In this document: piece by piece, positions 8,939 to 18,818 of the stretch
Layout of the letters: each line of letters begins with the position of its first letter
How positions within the stretch are numbered: the first letter of the stretch is position 1
Source: a virus
Lineage: Duplodnaviria; Caudoviricetes
Direction: 5' to 3' (one strand)
Virus record (IMG/VR): IMGVR_UViG_3300020045_009460
Coordinates: 1-63,736 of that record
DNA: 63,736 bases
Made by a program: the position numbers and the translations under genes
Notes under the pieces: generated by a model
Databases searched by the model: none
What the model was told of the DNA's origin: nothing
The model's input: only the letters and a program-made list of their open reading frames with translations

Positions 8939-9643
8939 ATGAAGATTAATATAAAGCCTTTTGAAGAAAACTTGATTTACCATGTAATAGCTAATTTGGC
9001 TGTTAATTCCCAACTGTGTGAAGAGCATGTCCCCCTCAAGGATCGGGTGGGGATCGTCATTTGTTCGGCGATAGAAGCAAGAATGGTAATTTCAGAAGTA
9101 GCTAAACAAGGACCGCAAGCCTTTTCTGAATACGCCTTATCTGATGTGAAAAATGGTTGTGTAGTAGTCGCTGGCATGATTGCGGTGGCTATACACAAAT
9201 ATCTCGGTATCTCTAAGGATATCTCAAAAGATGAATATATCCGTAGATATGATGTCTTACGAGAAAAATCTCTTGAGGTAGCCTCGAGGGAAGGAGGTGT
9301 GAGACCTACACACACTGCAATGCTTATGGCCATAAAGCACGGCCATTCTGATCACGACATGTTTACGGGTGAATATAGGGAAACATCTGCCAGTACGGCG
9401 TCGGTTATGTCTGTGTACATGCACTCAAAAAGATTGAAAGAATACTTCAATTCACATGAAGAAGACGAAATATGGAGCAACAGCCAGTCGTTGGGGGCCA
9501 TGGTTTGTGCATCCATGGAAGCATACGTTGATGTGTGCGCATCAAAAGGCGAGAGTTGGGGTGAAGCACTTATGTTCGATGCAGCGGATATGAAGGCCAC
9601 CCAACCTGCTAAACTGATGTTCGCCAATTTAACCATTCACTGA
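8939..9643 (+). CDS. Hypothetical protein
   Basis: GGAG RBS, 234-aa ORF. Confidence 0.7.
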   Translation: MKINIKPFEENLIYHVIANLAVNSQLCEEHVPLKDRVGIVICSAIEARMVISEVAKQGPQAFSEYALSDVKNGCVVVAGMIAVAIHKYLGISKDISKDEYIRRYDVLREKSLEVASREGGVRPTHTAMLMAIKHGHSDHDMFTGEYRETSASTASVMSVYMHSKRLKEYFNSHEEDEIWSNSQSLGAMVCASMEAYVDVCASKGESWGEALMFDAADMKATQPAKLMFANLTIH

Positions 9644-9734
9644 CATATCTACCTAACCTGCCACAAAGATATAATCTATCCCTCTGAGGCCGCGTCAACA
9701 GCGGCCTCAGACGTATTCAGCTTTGATGATAATA

Positions 9735-9920
9735 TAGGTTAGGGTTCTGAGAATATTTGTACCAAGAATGCGTCTCCACGATCCAGAGCCAGTGGCTTTG
9801 TCTCGGCGTGCCGTTGCTATGAACCGATATTCTACCTCCCTATTACCCCTAACCCCCTAACCTAAAAAATAATAAAAAGAAGTAGGGAAAAGGGGAGGCC
9901 GCGTCACACGGTGTTCTTGG
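9735..9920 (+). repeat. Non-coding element copy A (homologous to ~57579-57756)
   Basis: 32-bp identity 9838-9869 = 57685-57716, plus shared GAGGCCGCGTC and GTTCTTGG blocks. Confidence 0.9.
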
Positions 9921-9994
9921 CTCAGAAGTTTTAAATTAGCATCTTGACCATTTTGGGCCAATTACTAACCTTGACGCGGATACCCTATCCTATA

Positions 9995-10023
9995 TTGACT
10001 TTACAAGCTTTCTATGGTATAAT
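9995..10023 (+). promoter_or_regulatory. sigma70 promoter (terminase operon)
   Basis: TTGACT-17-TATAAT with TGn. Confidence 0.85.
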
Positions 10024-10037
10024 CGAAAAAATCACCC

Positions 10038-10523
10038 ATGTCAGAGGCATGTATGACAGCAATTCCGACTATGACCGACGCCATGGACTTTAAAGCGTTA
10101 GTAGAGAAGCACAAAGAGGAGGAGTGGTTAAACCTAGCTAACGATAAAAAGCTATTTGTATGTTGGTACATACGGTCAGGATACTCCACGCATAAAATGC
10201 GCGACGTGGGGATCAGTGACCAAGAAGTGTCCATGTACCTTTCTGATCCGCTTACTCAGGCTGCTATCGCGGACGTAGGGAAGCAATACTCCGAGGTGAC
10301 AACCTTTACACGTGTCGGCCTTCAAGCCAGATTGTCGCGTGCATTGGATATGGCGCTTGGGGAGGTAGAGCGTCCAACATACAGCAAAGAGGGGGAATTG
10401 ATGTACCGCAGAGTGGTTGATTTAACATCTGCAGCCAGATTGTTAGAGATGGCAGAAAAATATATCAATGACCCTAATGCGGATGATGATGCCAAAACGC
10501 CTGCGCCTTGGGAGGAACGGTGA
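10038..10523 (+). CDS. terS: Terminase small subunit
   Basis: Size and position directly upstream of terL; start codon uncertain. Confidence 0.6.
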   Translation: MSEACMTAIPTMTDAMDFKALVEKHKEEEWLNLANDKKLFVCWYIRSGYSTHKMRDVGISDQEVSMYLSDPLTQAAIADVGKQYSEVTTFTRVGLQARLSRALDMALGEVERPTYSKEGELMYRRVVDLTSAARLLEMAEKYINDPNADDDAKTPAPWEER

Positions 10524-11956
10524 TATTTGATATTGATGAAGAACTGAAGCCGTATGACCCGGAAAAAGCCAGACTAAGACCAAATCCTTTTGTTGTTCTA
10601 GATCCTTCATGTGGGGATATACGACATTATCGCATCATAACATTCAAAGGAGGTCGAGGATCGGGTAAAACGTACAATGTGGCTGATGCTGTAACTCGGT
10701 ACATGCATACAGCTAAGATGAAAGTGCTGTGCGGGCGTGAATTACAAATATCTATCGCGGATTCATCTAAAGCAGAACTCGAATTAGCCATAGCCCGCCA
10801 AGGCAGAGATCATTTATTCGACACAGCTGAAAAATATATAAAATCAAAGAAAACAGGATCGGTCGCAATATTTAAGGGTCTTAGGTCCAATATAGATTCT
10901 CTTAAATCTATGGCTGGCATCAAAATGTTCTGGGGAGAAGAAGCACAGGGGGTATCTAAAGAAACGATGGAGAAATTATTACCATCGATACGTACTCCGG
11001 GGAACAGGCTCATCTTTACTATGAATCCCGAAGATGAGGAATCATTCGTATACCAAGAGCTGGTCGCAAAGGCAGGGCAGCCGGGGTATGAGGATAGATT
11101 AGCGGTAGAAGTCAATTACTATGACAACCCGTACTTCACTGAATCACTTGAGTCAGACCGCATAAACTCGCTTCAGCGCATATTAGATGCACCCACAGAA
11201 GACGCCAAAAATCAAGCCATTGCCGACTATTGCTGGATATGGCTTGGTCACACTAAAAAGACAGTAGGTAACACTGTAATTAAAAGGTCAGAGCAAAGAG
11301 AATTCGAGGCACCTCCTTGGGGTAAACAAGAATTCTTGTTCGGAGCAGACTGGAGTAATGGCGGTGCTGATCCTACTGCGGGTGTTCGTCTGTTCATAGC
11401 ACTTAATGAGCGAGGAAAAGCATGTCTTTGGGTTGATTATGAATTGTACACAAATAATCACAGCCTAGATGAATTGCCTCCGTTATTTTCATCGGACCTG
11501 CTAGGGCTTACATCAAAAATGCACGGTGTGCCTCAGCCTACTTTACGAGCCGATTCGTCTTTGCCGCTAGCGATCAACAAAATGAACGAATGCGGCATAG
11601 ACTGTGAGCCAGCTAAAAAGGCCGCAGGTTCAGTTGAAAATGGCCTGATGTTTATCAATAACTTTGATAGGGTGTACATCCATCCTAGATGTGCTAACTT
11701 AATAGTAGAAGCAAAGAAATATCGATGGAAGGTCGACGCCAGAACTGGTAAAATATTATCTGTATTTGAAAAAGGGAATGACCACCTGTGGGATGCCATA
11801 AGATACGCGCTGGAGCACCTATCAACCCAAAAACCTGATTCGTTCTTCACGTTTACTAACAGCTTGGCCACGTGGCAGTGGTCGGAAGAAGACCAAAAAT
11901 TCCACGAGATAAAGAGCGAGTCAGATGGATTCGGAGCTGGGTTCGGTTTCTATTGA
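10520..11956 (+). CDS. terL: Terminase large subunit (PBSX-type)
   Basis: GGRGSGKT Walker A, WGEEA Walker B, TMNP, GADW, NDHLWDAIRY; GTG start after GGAGG. Confidence 0.95.
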   Translation: MIFDIDEELKPYDPEKARLRPNPFVVLDPSCGDIRHYRIITFKGGRGSGKTYNVADAVTRYMHTAKMKVLCGRELQISIADSSKAELELAIARQGRDHLFDTAEKYIKSKKTGSVAIFKGLRSNIDSLKSMAGIKMFWGEEAQGVSKETMEKLLPSIRTPGNRLIFTMNPEDEESFVYQELVAKAGQPGYEDRLAVEVNYYDNPYFTESLESDRINSLQRILDAPTEDAKNQAIADYCWIWLGHTKKTVGNTVIKRSEQREFEAPPWGKQEFLFGADWSNGGADPTAGVRLFIALNERGKACLWVDYELYTNNHSLDELPPLFSSDLLGLTSKMHGVPQPTLRADSSLPLAINKMNECGIDCEPAKKAAGSVENGLMFINNFDRVYIHPRCANLIVEAKKYRWKVDARTGKILSVFEKGNDHLWDAIRYALEHLSTQKPDSFFTFTNSLATWQWSEEDQKFHEIKSESDGFGAGFGFY

Positions 11957-11982
11957 CTTTGGGCCTTACGCCGTGGTATAAT
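11953..11982 (+). promoter_or_regulatory. sigma70 promoter (portal)
   Basis: TTGACT-18-TATAAT with TGn. Confidence 0.75.
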
Positions 11983-12015
11983 GGAAGCTAAATCACAGCA
12001 CAGGCGGCGCGACCG

Positions 12016-14295
12016 ATGTTTAACAGAATTGCTCTTGCAATTAAGATCATCCTGCGGGGCGAACAAAAACCGCCTGTGCAGGAGCCATACCCTGAACGGT
12101 TAGACCCGTTAAGTCCGTTCGCCCGCATTAGGCGCAACGACTCCCTAGAAGACGGGCAAATGCCTGAACTTCGGTCCGCAATGGATGACATCGCACCTAG
12201 TGAAAAAGAGTCTGCCAAAACGATTGCCATGGACTCCGCATTAGTGCACAAGGGATTTGTGGGCGATGACTCCACGGGGGCATCAACCCTTAAAGCAGGA
12301 TCAATGGGGATGTATGGCGTCCCTGAGGGGATCACGTCTTGGTATATGAGCCAAGGGTTCATAGGATGGCAGACATGTGCCATCATGGCGCAGCAATGGT
12401 TAATAAACAAAGCGTGTGAACAGTCAGGCTTGGATGCCGTCCGGCACGGGTGGGAATTAAACATAGCAGACGGGACTGATATCGACCCGGTAATCATGGA
12501 AGACATAATCCAGACCGATATTGAGTATTCAGTTAAAAACCACCTGTCCAATATGGTTAAGTTCACCAATATTTTCGGTATTCGCGTGGTCGTGTTTGAT
12601 GTGGATTATGAAGATGACGACGCGTTAGAAATGCCATTCAATATCGATGCTGTGCGGGCCGGTTCATACAAAGGACTCCGTCAGATTGACCCTTACTGGT
12701 GCGCTCCTCTGTTAAATACTGAAGCAGCCACCAACCCCGCATCAATGCGGTTCTATAAACCCACTTGGTGGGTAATCGGCGGCAAAAAATACCACTGGAC
12801 ACACCTGCACGTGGCTATGGGTCCAGAGGTGGCTGATATTCTAAAGCCTACCATATATTACGGCGGACTATCTTTGGTTCAACGTATTTATGAGCGGGTA
12901 TATGCAGCAGAGCGAGTCGCTAACGAAGCCCCTTTGCTGTCGATGTCTAAGCGAACAACTGCTCTTCACGTGGATTTAAAGAAAGTAGCTGCTGACCAGA
13001 AAGGATTTGAAGAGAGATTAGGGCAGTGGATAAATTACCGCGACAACCACGCCATTAAAGTGCTGGGTCTGGAAGAAGCGATGGAGGAGTCAGATACCTC
13101 TCTGGCTGACTTCGATTCCGTGATTATGAGCCAATATCAGCTGGTGGCAGCCATAGCAGAAACACCCGCTACTAAATTATTAGGTACATCGCCTAAAGGA
13201 TTTAACGCAACAGGTGAATTCGAAGAAAAGAGCTACCACGAAAAATTAGAAACCATCCAGTCCGATGAATGCGACCCTCTGTTGGCCAGACATTACGAAC
13301 TAATGGCTAAATCGAAAGGGTGGGATTTCAGCATAGGAGTAGCATGGAACCCTACAGATGCTAAAACAGCCGAGGCCCAAGCTGATATTAACGATAAAAA
13401 GGCATCCACAGGCGAGCGGTTGATCAATGCTGGGGTCATCAGTCCGGATGAAGAACGTAAGCGCGTAAGGACTGACAAATTTTCTGGATACTCCAATATC
13501 AAAGACGAAGAGGATGATGCCTCCGAAGAGCTATTGGAGCCGGGGGAATTGGATCATCCGGGGGCTGAAGAGAAAGGGGAGGCAGCAGTGGAGACAGCAG
13601 GAGCCTCGGAAGAAAAACCAAATGAACCGGAACCGGGCGACAGCGCGGCGGATGATGAAGTTGACGGGGGCGGCGAGGAAAAGCTTCTTCGGCTAGTAGA
13701 GTTGTTCGGGCAGCTGGTCACTCTTCTAAAAAAGACACAGCCCAAGCCCGCGAAAAGGGCATCGCTACCGAGTGTTAACGCATCAGTGCAAGCTAGTGTA
13801 GTACCTAAGGTCAAATCGGCTTTGAGGGGGGATGTTCCTCCTATAAATGAAAGCGATATGCCTAAGATCCCGTGGAACGGATATCAGATAGCTATCGAAA
13901 ACCCAGCCGGTACTTATCGCACCGGGGCATCTGAAGACGGGTCTGAATGGTCTACCAGAATGCAATATGATTACGGGTACGTAATGGGGACTGTCGGGGC
14001 TGATGGAGATGGAGTAGATGTATTTATGGGGAGATCATCAGACGCTCCTAATGTATATATCGTGAACCAGAACAATCCTGAGACTGGAGAATTCGACGAG
14101 CATAAGGTATTCATAGGATTTAACAGTGCGGGCGATGCGGAAAATGCATACCAAGCGGCGTATGGTTCTGGCTGGGGCGGTTTTGGTGATATACAAATAG
14201 TCACCATCCAAGGGTTTAAAGAATGGATGGGTAACGGGGACCAATCTAAGCCATATACCATGGGATGGAGAACCGAGGCGAATAATGGCATTTAA
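12016..14295 (+). CDS. Portal protein (DUF1073 type) fused to a C-terminal inorganic pyrophosphatase-like (InPase) domain
   Basis: Follows terL; PATKLLGTSPKGFNATGE portal motif; C-terminal IENPAG...YDYGY...GADGDGVDVF...FDEHKVFIGF. Confidence 0.9.
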   Translation: MFNRIALAIKIILRGEQKPPVQEPYPERLDPLSPFARIRRNDSLEDGQMPELRSAMDDIAPSEKESAKTIAMDSALVHKGFVGDDSTGASTLKAGSMGMYGVPEGITSWYMSQGFIGWQTCAIMAQQWLINKACEQSGLDAVRHGWELNIADGTDIDPVIMEDIIQTDIEYSVKNHLSNMVKFTNIFGIRVVVFDVDYEDDDALEMPFNIDAVRAGSYKGLRQIDPYWCAPLLNTEAATNPASMRFYKPTWWVIGGKKYHWTHLHVAMGPEVADILKPTIYYGGLSLVQRIYERVYAAERVANEAPLLSMSKRTTALHVDLKKVAADQKGFEERLGQWINYRDNHAIKVLGLEEAMEESDTSLADFDSVIMSQYQLVAAIAETPATKLLGTSPKGFNATGEFEEKSYHEKLETIQSDECDPLLARHYELMAKSKGWDFSIGVAWNPTDAKTAEAQADINDKKASTGERLINAGVISPDEERKRVRTDKFSGYSNIKDEEDDASEELLEPGELDHPGAEEKGEAAVETAGASEEKPNEPEPGDSAADDEVDGGGEEKLLRLVELFGQLVTLLKKTQPKPAKRASLPSVNASVQASVVPKVKSALRGDVPPINESDMPKIPWNGYQIAIENPAGTYRTGASEDGSEWSTRMQYDYGYVMGTVGADGDGVDVFMGRSSDAPNVYIVNQNNPETGEFDEHKVFIGFNSAGDAENAYQAAYGSGWGGFGDIQIVTIQGFKEWMGNGDQSKPYTMGWRTEANNGI

Positions 14296-15166
14296 AGCGT
14301 CCAAAAAGCGCGAGCGGAAGATAGACAAGGTGATTAGGGGGAGACCCCTAATCCCATCAGCCGCTATAGAAAAATGGTACGCTGGCCAGATAAAAGAAAT
14401 GCTGACCGAGATGGGAGCCGATTACCGGTCTGAGATAATGGGGCTGATGTCTTTAAAGGGGACAAAAGAACATTACGCTGCCGACGCAAAACTTCCAATA
14501 AATAGATTCAAAGCCGCATTTATGAAGCTGGCTAAACGCTGGCAGTCGAAAATAGCAAAGTTAGTAGAGAAAACGCCTAAGTCATTTGTAATGCAAGTGG
14601 ATAAACACTCTTTTTCATCAGTAGGGGCTTCTCTTAAGTCTTTAGGAATAAAGCAACCTAAAGACTTGGCCAAGTCTGATTGGGAAAGTTCCATGGAATT
14701 GGCGGTCCAGCAAAATGTGGCCTTGATAAAAAGCATAGGGCAGGAATTCCACGATAAAATAGAAAAATCAGTATGGAATTCGCTAACATCGCCTAAAGGG
14801 ACCGAGCAGGGAGCGTATGGCTTAGGGAAATACTTAACAGAGACGCTAGGGGCATCAAAAGAACGCGCCGATTTTATAGCGTTAGACCAGACGAAAAAAG
14901 TATTTTGCGAATTGAACAACGCTAGGATGAACCAAAACGGGGTTGATGAGTTCGAGTGGGCGCACAGCTCAGCAGGCAAAACGCCCCGTCACACGCATAT
15001 GGATATGGATGGCCAAACATTTTCTACTAAAGGTCCGGGAAGTGAGCTATATTACCCGGACGGAACTAGGGTTAGTCTACCCAAAAAAGATGACGGCAAA
15101 CCGGGACATGCTATAGGATGCAAATGCAGAATGATACCGGTCATTAACATTTCTGACGATGATTGA
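14285..15166 (+). CDS. Head morphogenesis protein (Mu gpF/SPP1 gp7 family)
   Basis: RADFIALDQT, W...PRHTH, PGHAIGCKCR. Confidence 0.9.
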   Translation: MAFKASKKRERKIDKVIRGRPLIPSAAIEKWYAGQIKEMLTEMGADYRSEIMGLMSLKGTKEHYAADAKLPINRFKAAFMKLAKRWQSKIAKLVEKTPKSFVMQVDKHSFSSVGASLKSLGIKQPKDLAKSDWESSMELAVQQNVALIKSIGQEFHDKIEKSVWNSLTSPKGTEQGAYGLGKYLTETLGASKERADFIALDQTKKVFCELNNARMNQNGVDEFEWAHSSAGKTPRHTHMDMDGQTFSTKGPGSELYYPDGTRVSLPKKDDGKPGHAIGCKCRMIPVINISDDD

Positions 15167-15174
15167 GGTGATAT

Positions 15175-15375
15175 ATGCCATTAGCTAAGGGTACTAGTAA
15201 AAAGACTTTTGAAAAGAATGTGTCTGAGATGGTTGAAGCTGGATACCCAGAGAAACAAGCAGTAGCCGCAGCATACCAGCAAAAAAGGTCGGCAAGCAAA
15301 GATTCAAGCGTAATAAAGCCAAGCAAAGAATTAATGTCCAAACTAAAAGAGCTTTTAAAGGCTCTGCAGCCGTAG
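15175..15375 (+). CDS. Small head-associated protein
   Basis: MPLAKG...GYPEKQAVAAA motif typical of this head module. Confidence 0.65.
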   Translation: MPLAKGTSKKTFEKNVSEMVEAGYPEKQAVAAAYQQKRSASKDSSVIKPSKELMSKLKELLKALQP

Positions 15376-15406
15376 CGATAACCGTCAGGAAAACTCTCTA
15401 CGGTAC

Positions 15407-15435
15407 TTGACGCGAGTTTTCCTGTATGATAAAAT
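15407..15435 (+). promoter_or_regulatory. sigma70 promoter (capsid operon) with -35 in a hairpin loop
   Basis: TTGACG-17-TAAAAT; 11-bp inverted repeat 15386-15396/15414-15424. Confidence 0.75.
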
Positions 15436-15468
15436 ACAAATGTGGAGTTAACTAAAGCTGGGGCAATA

Positions 15469-16827
15469 ATGACGGACACGGCAAGCCATCGCTCGATCGA
15501 CCAAAACGGGTTCTTGAACGTTCGGTCAACACCTGTGTCTAGCTACGGCATTTTTGAGTACAGCGCCGCACAAGTAGGTCTCCCCGGCGACCCTGATCGC
15601 ATAGTCAACGTTTATCGTCCTGAGTCATCATTAACTGATCCCGACACTATCAAATCATTTCAAACCCTTCCGGTGATTGATGATCATGATCTTTTGTCAG
15701 GCTTTGAAGAAGATGATGACATAATGTCCCCAGAGGAAAAGGGCGTTGATGGCGTCATGACCAATGTCAACTATGTAGCCCCTTGGCTCATCGCTGATGT
15801 TAAAGTGTTCTCCCGTCGCATGCGCCGCGCTATTGATAGCGGTAAATGTGATTTGAGCGCTGGCTATGCATGTGATTTCATATTCCAAAAGGGTATGTTT
15901 CGCGGAAAACCATACGAAGTCGTGCAGATTAACATGCGCGGCAATCATTTGGCTCTGGTGGATGCTGGCCGTGTCCCCGGCGCTAAAGTGCTGGATAGCA
16001 AGACATTGATTTATGACTGTCTTTCTTTCAATAAAATCAACCCGACCAAAGGAATCGATATGAAACCAAAACGTAAATCGGTTGCGATGGACAATGCAGT
16101 AGAGCAGCTTAAATCATTGATCCCAGCGCTCGAACAGTATTTGTCCGAAGAAGCATCCGAACCAGCGCACCAAGACGGCGAAGAGCCAGTCAATGAAAGC
16201 GCAGGCGCTGAAGGCGGCATCGGCGCAGTGGCCGAAGGGGATGAAGGCGAAGAACCCCCCGATGGCGAAGTAGGTGAAAATGCCGAATCAGGTGAAGCCC
16301 CAGAGGGAACTGACCCGGCATCCATTCTGTCCCAGATCAAAGCGTTGCTTGAAACAATGGGCGCTGCGGATGAAGAAATGGTTCAGGATGCTGTAGAAGG
16401 TTTGCAAGAAGGCGGTGAGCACGCTATCGGTAACGATGAAGGCGAAGAAGAAAAACCAGTGGCTGCTGCTGATTGCGAAAACAACGGGAAAGCATCTCCC
16501 GGCCCTGCGTCAGGTGTGCACGCCACAGGTGACGCCGCTATTCGTAAATCTATCTATAAAGACATGTCAAACAAACAAAAACTTTATAACCGCGTGAAAC
16601 CGGTAATCGGTGCGTTTGACCACTCTTTGATGACCTGCGAAGACATGGCCGCATACGCAGCTAAAAAGCTCAAAATCAATGTGCCTAAAGGATCTGCCAG
16701 CATTGCGCTGGATAGTTTCCTGTCTGGTGCAGAGCGTAGCAAAGTGGCTGCCAAGCCGGTTACTCACGCGGGTGATGCTGCATTTGGCTCATTCGATCCT
16801 ATTGATAACTATTTGAAGGGTAATTGA
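15469..16827 (+). CDS. DUF2213 prohead protease/scaffold
   Basis: DQNGFL, VYRP, LSAGY, NHLALVDAGR; acidic scaffold-like tail. Confidence 0.9.
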   Translation: MTDTASHRSIDQNGFLNVRSTPVSSYGIFEYSAAQVGLPGDPDRIVNVYRPESSLTDPDTIKSFQTLPVIDDHDLLSGFEEDDDIMSPEEKGVDGVMTNVNYVAPWLIADVKVFSRRMRRAIDSGKCDLSAGYACDFIFQKGMFRGKPYEVVQINMRGNHLALVDAGRVPGAKVLDSKTLIYDCLSFNKINPTKGIDMKPKRKSVAMDNAVEQLKSLIPALEQYLSEEASEPAHQDGEEPVNESAGAEGGIGAVAEGDEGEEPPDGEVGENAESGEAPEGTDPASILSQIKALLETMGAADEEMVQDAVEGLQEGGEHAIGNDEGEEEKPVAAADCENNGKASPGPASGVHATGDAAIRKSIYKDMSNKQKLYNRVKPVIGAFDHSLMTCEDMAAYAAKKLKINVPKGSASIALDSFLSGAERSKVAAKPVTHAGDAAFGSFDPIDNYLKGN

Positions 16828-16829
16828 TC

Positions 16830-17492
16830 ATGAGCTTTCAGAAAAGTGTTTATCGCCAGTATGTACAGGGTTTCGTAGGCGAAATCGCCAATGATGGCCC
16901 ACTGCGCACTAAGCCGGGCATTTTGGCCGCTCCCGCTTTGTCAACCAACGTAAACCGTATCGGGCGTGCCTTTGGTTGGTCATCCGATCTGCCTGCTATG
17001 GGCGGCACTCCTCCAGCAAACTCAGTAACTCCAGCTGTTGGGGCCAGCGTTATTGTGGGTGGTGCTAATTACTACGGTATTCTGGCCATCCCTAAAAGTT
17101 ACGCTTTGTTCGGCGGTTCAACAGGCGCTTTGTCCCCTACTGTCGATCTCCCGAATAACCTGATGGTCGGCCTGATGGACATGGGTATTATCACCTTGTC
17201 AGTGGCTAATGGTAACGACACCACCCAAGATGTCATCTATGGTGCTCAGTTATACTACTGCATTGCAGCAGGTAACGCCGCAGCGGGTTACCTCGCTACG
17301 ACGGCCAGTGATGTTGGCCGCCTGTATTTCTTTGATGACGTGGCAAACAAATCTCCTTCTACATCTAAGTGGTTGCCTGTTCCGGGCGGTATTATAACAA
17401 CAACGATTGCCGCAGTAGCATCGGCAACACCAAATGACACTGGCAACCTCGACGCGGGTAATGTAACCGTTCGCGCCCAGCTGACCCGTTAA
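16830..17492 (+). CDS. Head decoration/cement protein
   Basis: MSFQKSV...GFVGEI start; lies between scaffold and capsid. Confidence 0.7.
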   Translation: MSFQKSVYRQYVQGFVGEIANDGPLRTKPGILAAPALSTNVNRIGRAFGWSSDLPAMGGTPPANSVTPAVGASVIVGGANYYGILAIPKSYALFGGSTGALSPTVDLPNNLMVGLMDMGIITLSVANGNDTTQDVIYGAQLYYCIAAGNAAAGYLATTASDVGRLYFFDDVANKSPSTSKWLPVPGGIITTTIAAVASATPNDTGNLDAGNVTVRAQLTR

Positions 17493-17505
17493 CAGGAGAT
17501 ATATA

Positions 17506-18645
17506 ATGGCGAATGTAAGTAAGACGCACTCATCGCTCCCGCCTCGATCTATCCGGGCGCTGGAGTTGGATAAAAAACACATTGGCGACGCTGCAGTACG
17601 CAAGCTGAACCAACTGGGCATTTTTATCGACCCTCAATTTGTACGTGATCAGGTCGCTGGCTTGTACCGAAACACTGGCGGTAACAGTAGCTTGGCAATG
17701 GATGCCGCGTTCACTCCGCAGGCCACTGTTTCGTCTGTACCTACTCCCCTGCAATTCCTGCAGTATTGGCTGCCGGGTTTTGTTAAGGTAATCACGTCAG
17801 CTCGTAAGATCGACAAGATCATCGGCGTAAACACTGTTGGTTCATGGGAAGACCAAGAAGTCGTGCAGGGTATCGTCGAAAGTTCTGCTACTGTGCAGGA
17901 ATATGGTGATTATACCAATATTCCTCTGGCATCGTGGAACACCAACTTCGAGCGACGCACTATCATCCGTGGTGAGCTGGGTATCCAAGTGGGTATGCTG
18001 GAAGAAGGCCGATCCGCCGCAATGCGTCTATCATCTGCGGAAGAAAAGCGCCAAGCCTGTTCTATTTCTCTGGAAACTTTCCGAAACGCAGTGGGCTTCT
18101 ACGGCTGGAACAACGGCAACAACCGTACGTTTGGCTTCTTGAATGATCCAAACCTCCCGGCATGGGTATCAGTATCAGGCGGCACTTGGAACACTAAAAC
18201 GTTCCTTAACATCACCGCCGACATCCGTGTAGCAGTAGCGGCACTTCGTACTCAGTCCCAAGACATCATCGACCCGGAAACGACCGAACTCAGTCTGGTT
18301 CTCCCGACAGCCAAAGTCGATTTTCTTACCGTTACGTCCGATTTCGGTATCTCAGTACGTGATTGGCTTACTCAGACGTACAAAAAGATCACCATCATCT
18401 CCGCGCCAGAACTTAACGGCGCAAATGGTGGTGCTGATGGTTTTGTATTGTTTGCAGATAAGATCGATTCGTCTGAAGATGGTTCAAGTGACGGCGGCCA
18501 GACGTTTGTTCAAGTAGTTCCGAACAAACTGTATACGCTGGGCGTGGAAAAACGCATCAAAAGCTACGTCGAAGGGTTCTCCAACGCAACCGCAGGCGTA
18601 ATGCTTAAGCGCCCATGGGCTGTGATCCGCTACACCGGCATCTAA
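17506..18645 (+). CDS. Major capsid protein (DUF2184 type)
   Basis: GFLNDPNL, APEL, TAGVMLKRPWAVIRYTGI; followed by a terminator. Confidence 0.9.
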   Translation: MANVSKTHSSLPPRSIRALELDKKHIGDAAVRKLNQLGIFIDPQFVRDQVAGLYRNTGGNSSLAMDAAFTPQATVSSVPTPLQFLQYWLPGFVKVITSARKIDKIIGVNTVGSWEDQEVVQGIVESSATVQEYGDYTNIPLASWNTNFERRTIIRGELGIQVGMLEEGRSAAMRLSSAEEKRQACSISLETFRNAVGFYGWNNGNNRTFGFLNDPNLPAWVSVSGGTWNTKTFLNITADIRVAVAALRTQSQDIIDPETTELSLVLPTAKVDFLTVTSDFGISVRDWLTQTYKKITIISAPELNGANGGADGFVLFADKIDSSEDGSSDGGQTFVQVVPNKLYTLGVEKRIKSYVEGFSNATAGVMLKRPWAVIRYTGI

Positions 18646-18665
18646 GCACAAAAGTAATAAGTATC

Positions 18666-18693
18666 CTGAAAGCCTCCTAACCGGGGCTTTCAG
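18666..18693 (+). terminator. Hairpin terminator after the capsid gene
   Basis: CTGAAAGCCTC-CTAACC-GGGGCTTTCAG. Confidence 0.65.
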
Positions 18694-18705
18694 CGTATTT
18701 GCATA

Positions 18706-18735
18706 TTGACACCACGCCTAGTTTTGTGGTATAAT
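18706..18735 (+). promoter_or_regulatory. sigma70 promoter (neck/tail operon)
   Basis: TTGACA-18-TATAAT with TGTGn. Confidence 0.8.
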
Positions 18736-18818
18736 AAGGGTGCATGAAAACCGAACAAGAATCCGTTAAGCTGTGGGGGCCTAGCGGATATTATAAATAG
18801 GACCACAAGGATACAAAT

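Noticed and set aside
9838-9869. CRISPR repeat or attachment site
   Set aside because: Only two copies, far apart, with no spacers; no integrase recognised
12016-14295. Anti-CBASS Acb1, a label often given to DUF1073 portals
   Set aside because: No paired HxT/S 2H-phosphoesterase motifs seen; the extension carries PPase-like DxDxxD instead
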